A stretch of DNA of 64,000 bases, taken from contig CM060734.1 in NCBI GenBank assembly GCA_030704615.1, positions 16,554,001 through 16,618,000 of the forward strand. The letters are read 5' to 3'. This DNA comes from Takakia lepidozioides. Lineage: Eukaryota > Plantae > Bryophyta. Below the pieces are notes generated by a model. It was not told the origin of the DNA. It ran no database searches and saw nothing but the letters and a program-made list of their open reading frames with translations. Below, piece after piece: positions 50,859 to 61,478 of the stretch (the stretch's first letter is position 1; each line of letters begins with the position of its first letter). The translations under genes and the position numbers were made by a program.

Positions 50859-51584
50859 TGTCGCGCACCTCACTTCGGTAAACTCCCCTTCAAGTCATAG
50901 TTACTCGCTTTGATGCGCGCGCCTGACTCCCAACCTGGCCGCCGGGCCAACTTGGAGCTTCGGCTGCTCACCGGGACATAACGGTCCCCTTTCGCTTCCC
51001 TCTAAAACCCTCCACCTAATTGGGACTAGGAGAATTCCCTTTGGTAGATGGCAGTCCGGAACAGCTCCCCACTCTTTGGTCGCTTTCCGGCTCGCTCGCT
51101 TACTCACTAGTTTTTGGTCACCAACGGGCTTGCACCGTTCTCGGGGTTACTACTCCCTATATATACTTCTGTAGCTGTCCACGGGGGTTCCACAACCAGC
51201 CATGCCATTTTATGGCGAACCACCACGAAAACCCTCGACTCCCGGTGATGAGTCGCGGTGAGTCTTGGCCCGCTCACCACGGCCCCTATGGACCGTGATG
51301 AGTCCCAAAACTCCCACGACTCCCACCACGAGGTCTCCGCCCCCATGGTGAGTCCTATGCCACCCCCACTAAGTCCCGCTAAGCTACCTCCACCCCTTGT
51401 GGAGCCACCCCCACCGCAACCCGGTGTGCGGGGCTTCCACCTAGTGAGCGCCTCCGCTTCCCTGAGTGCCTTGGGCACTCAAGGGTGCTTCAGCCCCCCA
51501 TACCTATCGCTGCCGCTGCCCCCACCACAAGGGCAGCCCCTCATGTGTCCCGACCCCCTGCCCTCAAGGCAAAGGGCCGCGACA
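50859..51584 (-). repeat. 5' LTR of chromovirus copy 2
   Basis: Adjacent to the PBS (GCTCTGATACCA on +). Confidence 0.93.
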
Positions 51585-51942
51585 TGCACCGCATTCCAAT
51601 GTCCGACATGGAAATGCGGTGCCGCATTCCAATGACCGACATGGAAATGTTGTGCCGCCTTCCATTGTTTCATACGACAATGCTAATGAGTCTCATACCG
51701 GTTACTCTGGTATATTCATGACACATGACTCTCATACCGGTTACTCTGGTATATTTATCCGGACAGACACATTGTAGAAATGAGACATCAAATTGTAAAC
51801 AGTGGGCCAATTCCGACAGTTATTCAACACAATGAAACACAATCACAGAGAAGTGAGGTACGATGGGTTTATTGATCGGACACGATGTCTCACATTTACC
51901 AACTGCAGACAAAACTAAGCCCTTCCTCCTTCTACATGGGCT

Positions 51943-52521
51943 TCACCAAGTCGACGGAACTTCGATAGCCCTCAAAACAAGCTCATTACTGTTGCGGCAC
52001 CTCGAGGTAAACTGCAATTCGGTCGTTCTGCTGCCCTTGCTGGAGCCGACGACAATGTCATGTCCATCAATGATACCACCATCATACATTGACAAGGTCA
52101 CTGTGGGCCTCATGTGCTCGTGCGATTCGTCTTCGCAACTCAGCCGAATGTCTCCATACACTGGAAGAGCGGAGTGATCTCCACTTATATAGTTTTCCCC
52201 GGTGTCGTCCTCCCTGGTCCACTGGCAGCAGTTCCAGCGCCAAAGCGAGGCCGTGCGTGATCTGTCCGGCATCCCTTTCCAGCTTGGTATATCGAGGTCA
52301 ACAATTTTCAAGACCCACGGACCGCATTGACCCTCGCCCTCACCTCGCTCAAAGCGGTAATAGCCCTCCAAATACTCCATTGCGCGCAAAGACTCTTGCT
52401 TGATTCCAGCAGCGTCTGTGAAAACAGAGAGCCAGACAATGATGTCTCCTGATTCTGGTTTGAACATAGCATAATCGTGGCCATGATAAGGGCAGTCGGC
52501 TGGAGTTCGGTGGCACGGCAT
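51943..52521 (-). CDS. Unknown MULE accessory protein ORF-B (192 aa), paralog of ORF-A
   Basis: Intact ORF sharing MPC.R...DCPY.G.DY.M....SGDI..W, Y.FERG, RWN.CQWT, YGDIR, LS.YDGG.I.G.DIVV and ELVLRA..VP.T with ORF-A. Confidence 0.72.
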   Translation of the reverse strand: MPCHRTPADCPYHGHDYAMFKPESGDIIVWLSVFTDAAGIKQESLRAMEYLEGYYRFERGEGEGQCGPWVLKIVDLDIPSWKGMPDRSRTASLWRWNCCQWTREDDTGENYISGDHSALPVYGDIRLSCEDESHEHMRPTVTLSMYDGGIIDGHDIVVGSSKGSRTTELQFTSRCRNSNELVLRAIEVPSTW

Positions 52522-53065
52522 CCTTGAAAAGTACCGGAGTACTGGAGTACGCTCAATGACAGCAGCTTCCGGATGGAGGAGGAGCAGCGCGGTGGCTGAA
52601 AAAAGTTCAAGCTAACGCTGCAATTCCTCACAAACACTCCAGGGCACATTTAAATTTCCCCCCTACAGGATCCTGGACGGATGAAGATTGGCTGCTCCAT
52701 GAATGTAGCCGTTTCAGTTTCCTACCCTGCCATGCAAACTATGGGCAATGACTGCCAGGTGGGCCGATAGCCACTCGACACGACAAAGTCCATCCCCCCT
52801 TCGATGTAAATGCGGCGCCGAATTTCCATCCGGGGATGGACTTCGGTGGCATATCTCAACCTATACCCCGTGGATGAGAAAGAGGTATGGGCGTCATGAA
52901 CACGTTACACCTCCGTCGGTGGGTGCGTGGGACCCAGATGCTCCATTATTGGAGGCCGGACTGCTCTTCCGCTTCGCATCATTTCCAAAATCTAAGGGCT
53001 TCGTTGCTGTCCGCAAGGTCATTGTCATCGGCATCCAAGTCATCCTCAGGTCCTCCTTTGCAAGG

Positions 53066-53629
53066 ATGCCGTGCTTCCGGAACCGGGACGACTGCCCTTA
53101 TGGAGGCATCGATTATGGAATGTATTCGGCCACATCGGGAGACATTGTTATCTGGTACACAAATTACACAGAAGATACTGGCTCGATTGTGGAAACATTG
53201 GTGGCTTTTGAGTATATCCCAGGCCAGTACGCCTTCGAGCGGGGTGACGATCTTGGTCTGAGGAGTCCGTGGCTCATGCGCATCCTTGATTCCGATTTTC
53301 CCAGCTACGACGGTCATCCATGCAGAACAAGGTGCACTGCTATGTTGTTGCGGTGGAACTGGTGCCAGTGGACGTGGGTGGACTCCATCGGAGAGACCTA
53401 TTCTCCTGAAGCAGTGCGCTCCTCTTCTCCATTGTATGGGGACATTCGCATTGGTGTGGAGGACGAAAACGTGAAGCTTTCCATATACGATGGTGGTATG
53501 ATTGAAGGGCAGGACATTGTGGTGAACATCAACAGGGGCGGTACAACGGCTGCAATCGACTTTACCTGGAGAAGCCCGAAGACTCATGAGCTAGTTCTGA
53601 GAGCAGTCAAAGTCCCATTGACAACGTGA
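53066..53629 (+). CDS. Unknown MULE accessory protein ORF-A (187 aa from MPCFR)
   Basis: Intact ORF; protein-level conservation with ORF-B despite DNA divergence. The true start could be further upstream. Confidence 0.72.
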   Translation: MPCFRNRDDCPYGGIDYGMYSATSGDIVIWYTNYTEDTGSIVETLVAFEYIPGQYAFERGDDLGLRSPWLMRILDSDFPSYDGHPCRTRCTAMLLRWNWCQWTWVDSIGETYSPEAVRSSSPLYGDIRIGVEDENVKLSIYDGGMIEGQDIVVNINRGGTTAAIDFTWRSPKTHELVLRAVKVPLTT

Positions 53630-54091
53630 CTTGTATTCAGTAGGCACAGGGCTAACGATTTGTTTGCACAATCAGCACAGTAGACGTGCTTCAAATGCAA
53701 TTCATGTGGATCAATAAAAACCTCATTGTGCCCTCTTTTTATTCTATTTTGTGTCCATCGTTCCCAGAATGCGTCATTGCTCATTTCGTTTGGGATTGGG
53801 AGTGTGGGAGGATTTTGCAAGTGGCTGTTAGGCTGAAATGGGCCCCCATTGTACAGAGCAATACCACCCTACCATTCGCGAAACATTGCCATTCAATATA
53901 TAATTCTAAAAAACATTGCTGAACCTCCTTCATCGGGAGGTCCTTCTCCCCCTATGACCGTGGCACCCTTAACCCTATTCCCGCGGACACATATTTCCGG
54001 AAAATAGTCTGCTCATGTTTTTTTTCACACTTACGACTCTGCTCATGGCTCATGCCGCTCATGGCTCATGGCTCATGAAATAGCAGCCCCC

Positions 54092-56920
54092 CATGTGACA
54101 GGCATCTAGTGGGATCATGGTGGATGGAGAATCAATGAATTTGATATGAATCAAATTCCCTGTGAAATTGAGAAAGAAAGATTGTCCAAACAATTCTTTC
54201 AGAGGTTCTTGGAATTGCCAGACGGTTGCAAAGAAACATTCTTAAGAGAGTGCATGATGTTGATCCAGAGTGGGGTCTGGAGAAAGGAGTGATAAAGATT
54301 TATCAAGTGGCTTGTAGAGGGAGAGCAAGTTGGTTACCAACACTGGTTTATGTGATAGCATTGCTATGCATTAAACGAGTGGAGTTTGAAAGCTGGGAGG
54401 AACGGAAGGTGAATGTTTACAATCACATGCATGAAGAATTTGCACTGGTAAAGAACTAGGTACCCAAGGATATCCTGTAGATCAAGCTTACACCAAGAAC
54501 GGCCTTTCAGACTTGTCTTCCAAGCTTAGTAGGGACAGCAGCTGGAAGACGGCTATCATTGGGACAAGGACCTCCTAGTTTTGAATCATTGTTTGGAAGA
54601 AAAACACCAACAACACCACTAGCCAGCAGCAGCGGGACCATTTCAGTTTGGACAGCCGGTTGCACCAGCAGCACCAATGGCTTTAGCAGCAAGCAAAACC
54701 AGACCGCCGTTTCCTTTATATGATGGGAAATCTGATCCGGATATCCATCTTAATCAATTTGAGAACATGTGCACCATTTACAATGAAGCAACAGACCAGG
54801 AAAAGATCCGATTATTTCCTTGTTCAATGGCCAGAAAAGGCATTGAATGGTTGGCAACCTTTCCAGCCAATCACTTTGCAAATTGGGCGGATATGAGAGC
54901 CGCATTTCAAGAACGATATAGATCCAACAAATCCACGTCTTAAATCTTCATAGGATTACAGAACCTGAGACAGAAAAAGAAAGAATTGGTAGTCGACTAC
55001 CTGAAGAGAATGAAGACTCTGATCAGGAAGCTACCTCAAGCACCAGGTGACAACTTGCAAAAATCATGGTTCATCAATGGACTTTGTCCTGAATATGTAA
55101 CCATGGTTACAGTCATGCCTAACAACACTTTGGCAGAAGCAGTAGGAACTGCAAAGAAATTGGAATTGGGATTTCATCAGAGCAGAAGTACAGATTCCAA
55201 GGATCCCTTGGAAGAAGAAGACTCTGATGATGAAGAAAAACCCAAGCAAAAGAAGAAAGAAGTGATTGACAAAACCACTTTGGATCATAAGATAGCAGAG
55301 GCTATCAAGAATTTTAAAGATGAAGGGCCACGAAAGGCAACATGGTGTCACAAATGTGGGACTGCATGACACTTGGCAACAGAATGCCACATGAAAGACA
55401 AATACTGTGATATTTGTCATATGAACAATCATAATACCAGCCATTGTATTTACAATCAACGGGCCAAGAAGAGTGGGTACACACGAGAGGTGGGGGTACA
55501 CCAAGTCCAAATCCGACAGGGAGGATCGGATGGACCAAGACGATACAATATGGGTAATCGTTATCAGAGGCCACGAGATGACTATCCACCATGGGATAGA
55601 GAACATCAACCCAGAAACAAAGAAATTGGTAACGTAACCTTCTAGTATAGCCAGGGGTGCATTAAAGCTTGAAAGAAATCCAGGCATATACGAGAGATAC
55701 TACAGGAGAGAGTTTTGGTTATTGCCTCATTAAAGATACAAAAGACATGGGACATGACTGATGAAAGGGAAGCTAGACTTCACAAATATTCAGCAAAAAA
55801 AGAAAGATATTTGAAAGCTAATTATCCATATCTCTGGGAGAGAGGAATAGACATAGGGAAATCATCTGGACCTCTCACACCATTAAGGCCAGAGAGTACA
55901 TCACCCATACCGGAAGATCCAGATTTGGATGCCACTCCTTTTTATTCTTTACAAGAAAGATTAAGGGATTTGGTACAGGAAGAAGATCAGCCACGAGGGG
56001 AAAGATCTGGTACATCCCTGGGTTAAAGATTTGACATAAATCTTTGATCAGAGTACGCATAGAACACCAAGAGCAGGAACTCCAGTTTCTAAAACACAAG
56101 CCAAAGAAGGAGAGGAAGATGTGGTAGAGCCAACGGAGAGTTCAGACTCTCCAACACCACTTCAGTTGAGTTATATGAGTGAGGAAGAAGAAATCCAAGA
56201 GAAGAACTTGGAAGATGAAGAGTACGAAGAAGTAGACCCAATAGTTGAGGTTGAGACTACAACCAGGACATCCCAACCTATTGGACCTGGATCAAGTGGA
56301 GCACTTGGATCACAGGCCAACACAGGTGTCGGCTGAGAGGGATCAGGCGGGCAGCTTGGATCTGGCTCTGGGGGGACAGGGAGTGTGGGAAGTAGTGCAA
56401 TTGGAGCTGAGGGTACTGCAAGTACATAGGGGCCAATAGCAGGGAGTGCTCTGGTGGGAGTTCCACCACTACAAGAGCAGGTCCTCAAGGACCAGCACCT
56501 ACAGGAGGACTAGCACCTGTTAGAGGGCAGGGTGTAGTAGGGCCACAGATGGTGGTACCTCCAACACGGGCAAAGCCACCTTTTCCAATATATGCAAGAA
56601 AAAGGGATCCCGATGTACACATCAGCCAATTTGAGCACATGTGTATAGTGAACAATGAGAATGGCGATGATGCCAAATTGAGATTGTTTCCTTGTTCACT
56701 TATCAAGAAAGTAAGTGAATGGTATGCAAGGTTTCCTAATAATCATTTCCTAACCTGGAATGGCCTTAGTACAACATTCCGGAACAGGTTCAGGACAAGC
56801 AAAACTGAGGATGAAGTGTATGGGAGTCTACAACAGTTCAGGCAAAAGAAGCATGAAACTGTTGAAGAATATATGGAGAAAATGGAGTTAATGATGAAAA
56901 AGCTGGCTGCTGTATCCAAA
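54092..56920 (+). pseudogene. Gag region of a non-chromovirus Gypsy (element D) with two gag-core domains and Zn knuckles
   Basis: FPLYDGKSDPDIHLNQFENMC..RLFPCSM (54677-) and FPIYARKRDPDVHISQFEHMC..RLFPCSL (56549-), with CHKC..H..EC and CDIC..H..HC between them. Confidence 0.8.
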
Positions 56921-59900
56921 TGAAATAATTCATATTCCCTGACTCGTAGAGATTCCTCTAAACCCCATCGTTCATGAGTTCCAGTTCGTAGTGTAGGTAT
57001 CATACATTCAATGGGTAATAGTGCCTCTACTCCATACACCAGTTGAAATGGTGTATGTTTCGTGGTCACCTTGTATGATGTCCTGAATGCCCATAGCGTT
57101 GTGTTCATTTTGGTGTCCCAATCTGTACGATTGGCATTTACTATCTTGGTTAAGATAGTGCATAATATCTTGTTGGTAGATTCAGCCTGGCCATTTCCTT
57201 GAGGATAGTAAGCAGTACTCTTGTGATGTACGATCATGAACTCCTCCGTCAAGCATTTTATGGCATCCAAATCCTTGATCACTGACGAATTCCAGCGGGC
57301 AACCAAATCGTGTGATGATGTTTTCATGTAAGAATTTGGCTGTCGACCTGGCAGTGTTGTCTCTTAGTGCTTTGGCCTGAACCCATTTGGTAGTGTAGTC
57401 AGTGACTGTGAGGATGTATTGGTTATGTGTGTACCTTGCTGGAGGTTTAATGGGCCCCACGAAGTCTAGTCCCAAGCGTTGAAAGGGTTCTGTTGGTAGT
57501 ATTGAGTGCATAGCACCCTTCCCAGTTCGTTCTACTGGTCCCATCCTCTGGCAAACATCACATTGTTCACAGTGTTCATAAGTGTCTCCAAATACAATAG
57601 GCCACCAGTAACCTGCTAATAATATCTTCTTTGTTGTCAGGTCCGAACTGAAGTGTCCTCCTGCAATTCCTTTGTGTAGCTCTTGCATCACTGTTTTGGC
57701 TTGTTCTTTGTTCACACATCTTCTCATTATGGAGTCAATTCCTCTTTTGTACAGAATCCCCTTGATTACTGTGTATAGCTTGCTTTTCATTGAAAGCTTT
57801 CTCCTGTCATATTTGGTGTAGTCTTCAGGAAATTTCCCTGTGTTCAGATAGTATTTGATTGGCCATTGCCAATCGTCTTGATCTTGATTATGAATGTCTT
57901 CTGATTCTTCCTTGGTAACTGTATAAGCTCCAATACTGATATTGGCCAATTCTTGATTGTTTGTTTCTTCGTTTTCTTTGTCATTTTCTTCTTCTGGATC
58001 TGGCTCTTCCTCAATAATAGGTCCTTCATCAAGAGGTTCATCTTCATCTGATGAGTCCTCTTCTTCATCAGTGTCATCTATGAGCTTAAGAGAATCTGGG
58101 AGGTTATAGTCTCCTTGAAACACTCCCAGAGCGTCTAGAGGATCTGTCTCTTCATCTTGTGTTTCTGGTTGAACAGCAAACAAAAATGCGTCGGGAAGTT
58201 GATCCTCTAATCCCGTGGCTAATTCTCCAGTAGTAATCCTTGACAGATGATCTGTTGTAACATGTAATCTTCCTGGTTTATGAACAACTTCAAAATCATA
58301 TTCATGAAGAAGTAATAACCATCGAGCATCCCTGCCACTAGCTAGTGGTCGATTTGCTAAATGAACTAGAGCTTGATGATCAACAATAAACTTAAAGTGA
58401 TTGCCAAGTAAATAATGCCGAAACTTTTGAACAACATAAATCATTGACAATGCTTCCCTTTCTGTGGTGCTATAGTTCTTCTCAGCTGCTGTCAACAATC
58501 TGCTTGCATAATAGATTGGTGAATCTATTGTGCCTGTCACATTCTGAGCTAGAACTGCCCCCAAAGCAATGCCTGATGCATCACTGTGTACATGAAATGG
58601 TAAATCCCATCTTGGATTTATCAGAATTGGTGCTGCTATGAGTGCCCTTTTTATTGAATCAAATGATTCCTGGTAAGCTGGAAACCATCGGTATTCGACA
58701 TCTTGCTTCAGCAGTCTATAGACTGGTGCCGCTCTGTGAGCATATTTGTCCATGTACCTTCTGTAATAGCTTGTCTGTCCCAGAAATCTCTTGAGTTTCT
58801 TGGGATTTTCTGGTGGTGGTATTTTCTGGATAACCTCCACTTTCTTTGGATCCACCAGAATTCCATGTTGGCACACAATGTATCCCAACAATAATCCTGA
58901 ATTCACACAAAATGTACATTTTTCCGGATTGAGACTTACTCCATTGTTTCTGCAGGCTTGTAGGCAAAGTTTTAACTGTGCCAAGTGTTTGGATTTCTGT
59001 CCGAAGACTCTGAAATCATCCAAAAATACCTGCATAAAATCGTTGAGATAATTCTTGAATATCTCAGATATTGCTCGCTGAAACGTGGCTGGTGCGTTGC
59101 AAAGTCCAAATGGCATGACTTTGTAAGCATATGCTCCCCATTCAGTGATGAATGCGGTCTTTTCTCGGTCTTCTTCTGCCATCTGCACCTGGTTGTACCC
59201 ACAGAACCCATCCATGAATGAGTACATCTCATGTCCTGCCACTGTGTCCAACACTATTTCGGTGAAAGGTAATGGAAAGGGGTATTTCTTGGTTCCTGCG
59301 TTTAACTTGCGGTAGTCCACACATACTCGTAATTTTCCATTCTTCTTGGGTACTATCACAATGGGTGATAACCATTGTGGTGTCTCTACTGGGTATATGA
59401 ATCCTGCATCCAGTAATTTCTTGATTTCTTCCCAAACTTTAGCTGCATAGTTGGGGTTCATTCTGTAATGGTTCTGACGAATTGGTTTTGTGTCAACTTC
59501 CAATTCAATTCGGTGCTGACAGATGTTGGAAGGTATATCCTTCAAATCTTTGTAGTTCCAGGAAAATACATCCTTGTAATCTGTGAATAATGCAATGGCT
59601 TTTTGTAGAAATGATTCTTCAAGACCTGCACTTACTCGTATTATCTGTGGTTCTTCCACTGTTCCCAGATTCACTTGAATCAATTGAGTTTCTTCCGTTA
59701 CTGTCCATCCTGCAATCTCCTGTCCGATGGTTGCAATCGTGGTAGGTACTTCACTGATTTTAATGTCCTCTTCTCTTTCTTGATAAAAACGGGCAGGGTG
59801 TTGAGGTGTGTCCATGGCTTCTTCCTCAGGATCTTCCGTTCTCGGAGTATTCGGTTCTCCTTGGGTGTTCACCATGTGACATCCTACTGTTGTGGTATGT

Positions 59901-60010
59901 TTGATCACTAATTGCCCAATAGGTTCCAACTGTGGATGTGCTGCATATACTATGGCTTCTTCTTCATCCGACAGTCCACTGGACCAATCATACTCTTCCA
60001 CTATGCAAGG
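56921..60010 (-). pseudogene. RT-RNase H-integrase of the element C/D family, inverted relative to its flanks
   Basis: CVDYRKLN, MPFGLCNAPATFQ, FLDDF, HSDASGIALGAVL, GLDFVGP, SDQG and GNGQAESTNK. Confidence 0.92.
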
Positions 60011-60039
60011 TCGTTTCTCTCGTGGAATGGTACCTCGTT

Positions 60040-60890
60040 GCTTGTTTGATGCGCAAGAACACAAGGTAATGGGGGTGTTTGAGGTAGCCACAACTGCAGT
60101 TGAGGAGCAAGGCTCTTCACAAGGTGAAGGAGGATTAGAGAGGCAACACCAGTCCAAGAGACAAAAGAGGGACGCAATTGTAATGGCGGATCCACTTGCC
60201 ACAAGGAACCCTCACGACGATGTTTCCATAGCTCCTGCACAGGATGGGGTGCAGCAGCACAATGAGCTGCTATTGCTGGAAACCCGAAGGAAGGAAGAAG
60301 TCACTTCAATGCCGTGGCCAGCACAGCAAGCTGACCAAGTTGCCCCAGTGGCAACTCAGACTCGATTTGTTGTTACACCGGAGCCTCTTACTGTGGAGAG
60401 GGAGGGATTGGACATCCCCACTACAGAGCAAGTAGTGGCAGAAATTGAGAAGGGCGATCTTCTCTATGAAAACTCTAGTATGGTCGGAGACCCCATGGTA
60501 CCAAAGATGCAGAGTCTGCCCAAGGAAATCCCTACTGTGCAGGTTATGCCCAAAACTGTGACAGAGGTTGAAGGGGTAAAGGGCAAGGGTACTGCAGCAC
60601 CTGTGGAAGATGAGGTTGCTCAGGAACAAGATCTTGTGGGATCATGGCCTGATTGGTTTGTGAAACATCAAACTGTTGAGAATGATGAAAAACAGCAGCA
60701 GGTTTTCCATGAAGACCGACAGCAGGCCATGATTATGAGTTCCATAAGCAGGACTCTCAACCTGTTGGGCACCTATTTCAAGACTCATGTTCCTTCCACT
60801 CAGTTGGCAGCATTGCGGGAGGAGCTCAAGCAAGAACTTGAGGCAAGAATTGTCATTGAGTGTGCCAACAAGGTCGATGTGGAGGCCAAC
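60040..60890 (+). pseudogene. Fragment of the 3' extra ORF (paralog of 27770-28620)
   Basis: MGVFE.ATT..E.QGSS.GEGGLE.QHQSKR and GLDIPTTEQVVAEIEKGD are shared. Confidence 0.85.
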
Positions 60891-61478
60891 TGTCAACCAT
60901 TAATGCACCCCATTAACAGTTGCATACTTAATTTAAGGTTCGTGTTAGACAGAGCTAGGTTAGGTCCCGAAGGCGCCGCCTAGCCCCAAGGGTGCTGCTA
61001 GTGTGGATTATAATTTTTCTATGTTATCAGTGTTTGCGTTTGTAATTTGTAACCAACAGTTAGTACTAACTCATTGACGTATTTACAAAAACAATAGTCC
61101 AGAAATAAGTAATGCGAATGTATAATTACCCTCGGTATAAAGGGTTAAGGTTATTTTAGAGGAGAGATATTCTAGTGTAAATATTAATTATTCAGTAAAC
61201 AACAACAAATTAATTTCAATTAACCAACTTTATTATTTCTTTTCTTTTTGAATAATTTTATGTATATGTTTAAAAGATAGAGATATTGATTTATTTAGTT
61301 TTTACTAGTACCCATTAATTTAGGTGAGTCAAGAATATATAATCAATTAGATCATTCTAAGGAAAAGATCAGCCCAACAAACAATATTAATATAACCAAA
61401 ATAGCAGAAGATAATCAAAACCAACTATAGAGAAGCAGTGTGGCGGTTATTGGGATTTGAAACCCCGACCTTGTGCGA

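Larger units (their letters stand above)
44633..51584 (-). mobile_element. Full-length chromoviral Gypsy (Galadriel-like), copy 2
   Basis: LTRs 44633-45358 and 50859-51584, TSD TGCAC (44628-44632 and 51585-51589), PBS 50845-50856. The empty site is visible in the left MULE-2 arm at ~32411-32428. Confidence 0.95.
41230..54091 (-). mobile_element. MULE-2, right (inverted) partial copy, with nested chromovirus
   Basis: Reverse-complement match to 30670-35941; terminal GCTCATGAAATAGCAGCCCCC at 54071-54091. Confidence 0.8.

Noticed and set aside
30670-54091. One intact MULE with giant TIRs
   Set aside because: No TSD, unrelated flanks, reciprocal indels between the arms, and a truncated transposase.
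57182-60202. A single 1006-aa protein
   Set aside because: Its first ~60 residues are antisense read-through of the + strand extra ORF across the inversion breakpoint.
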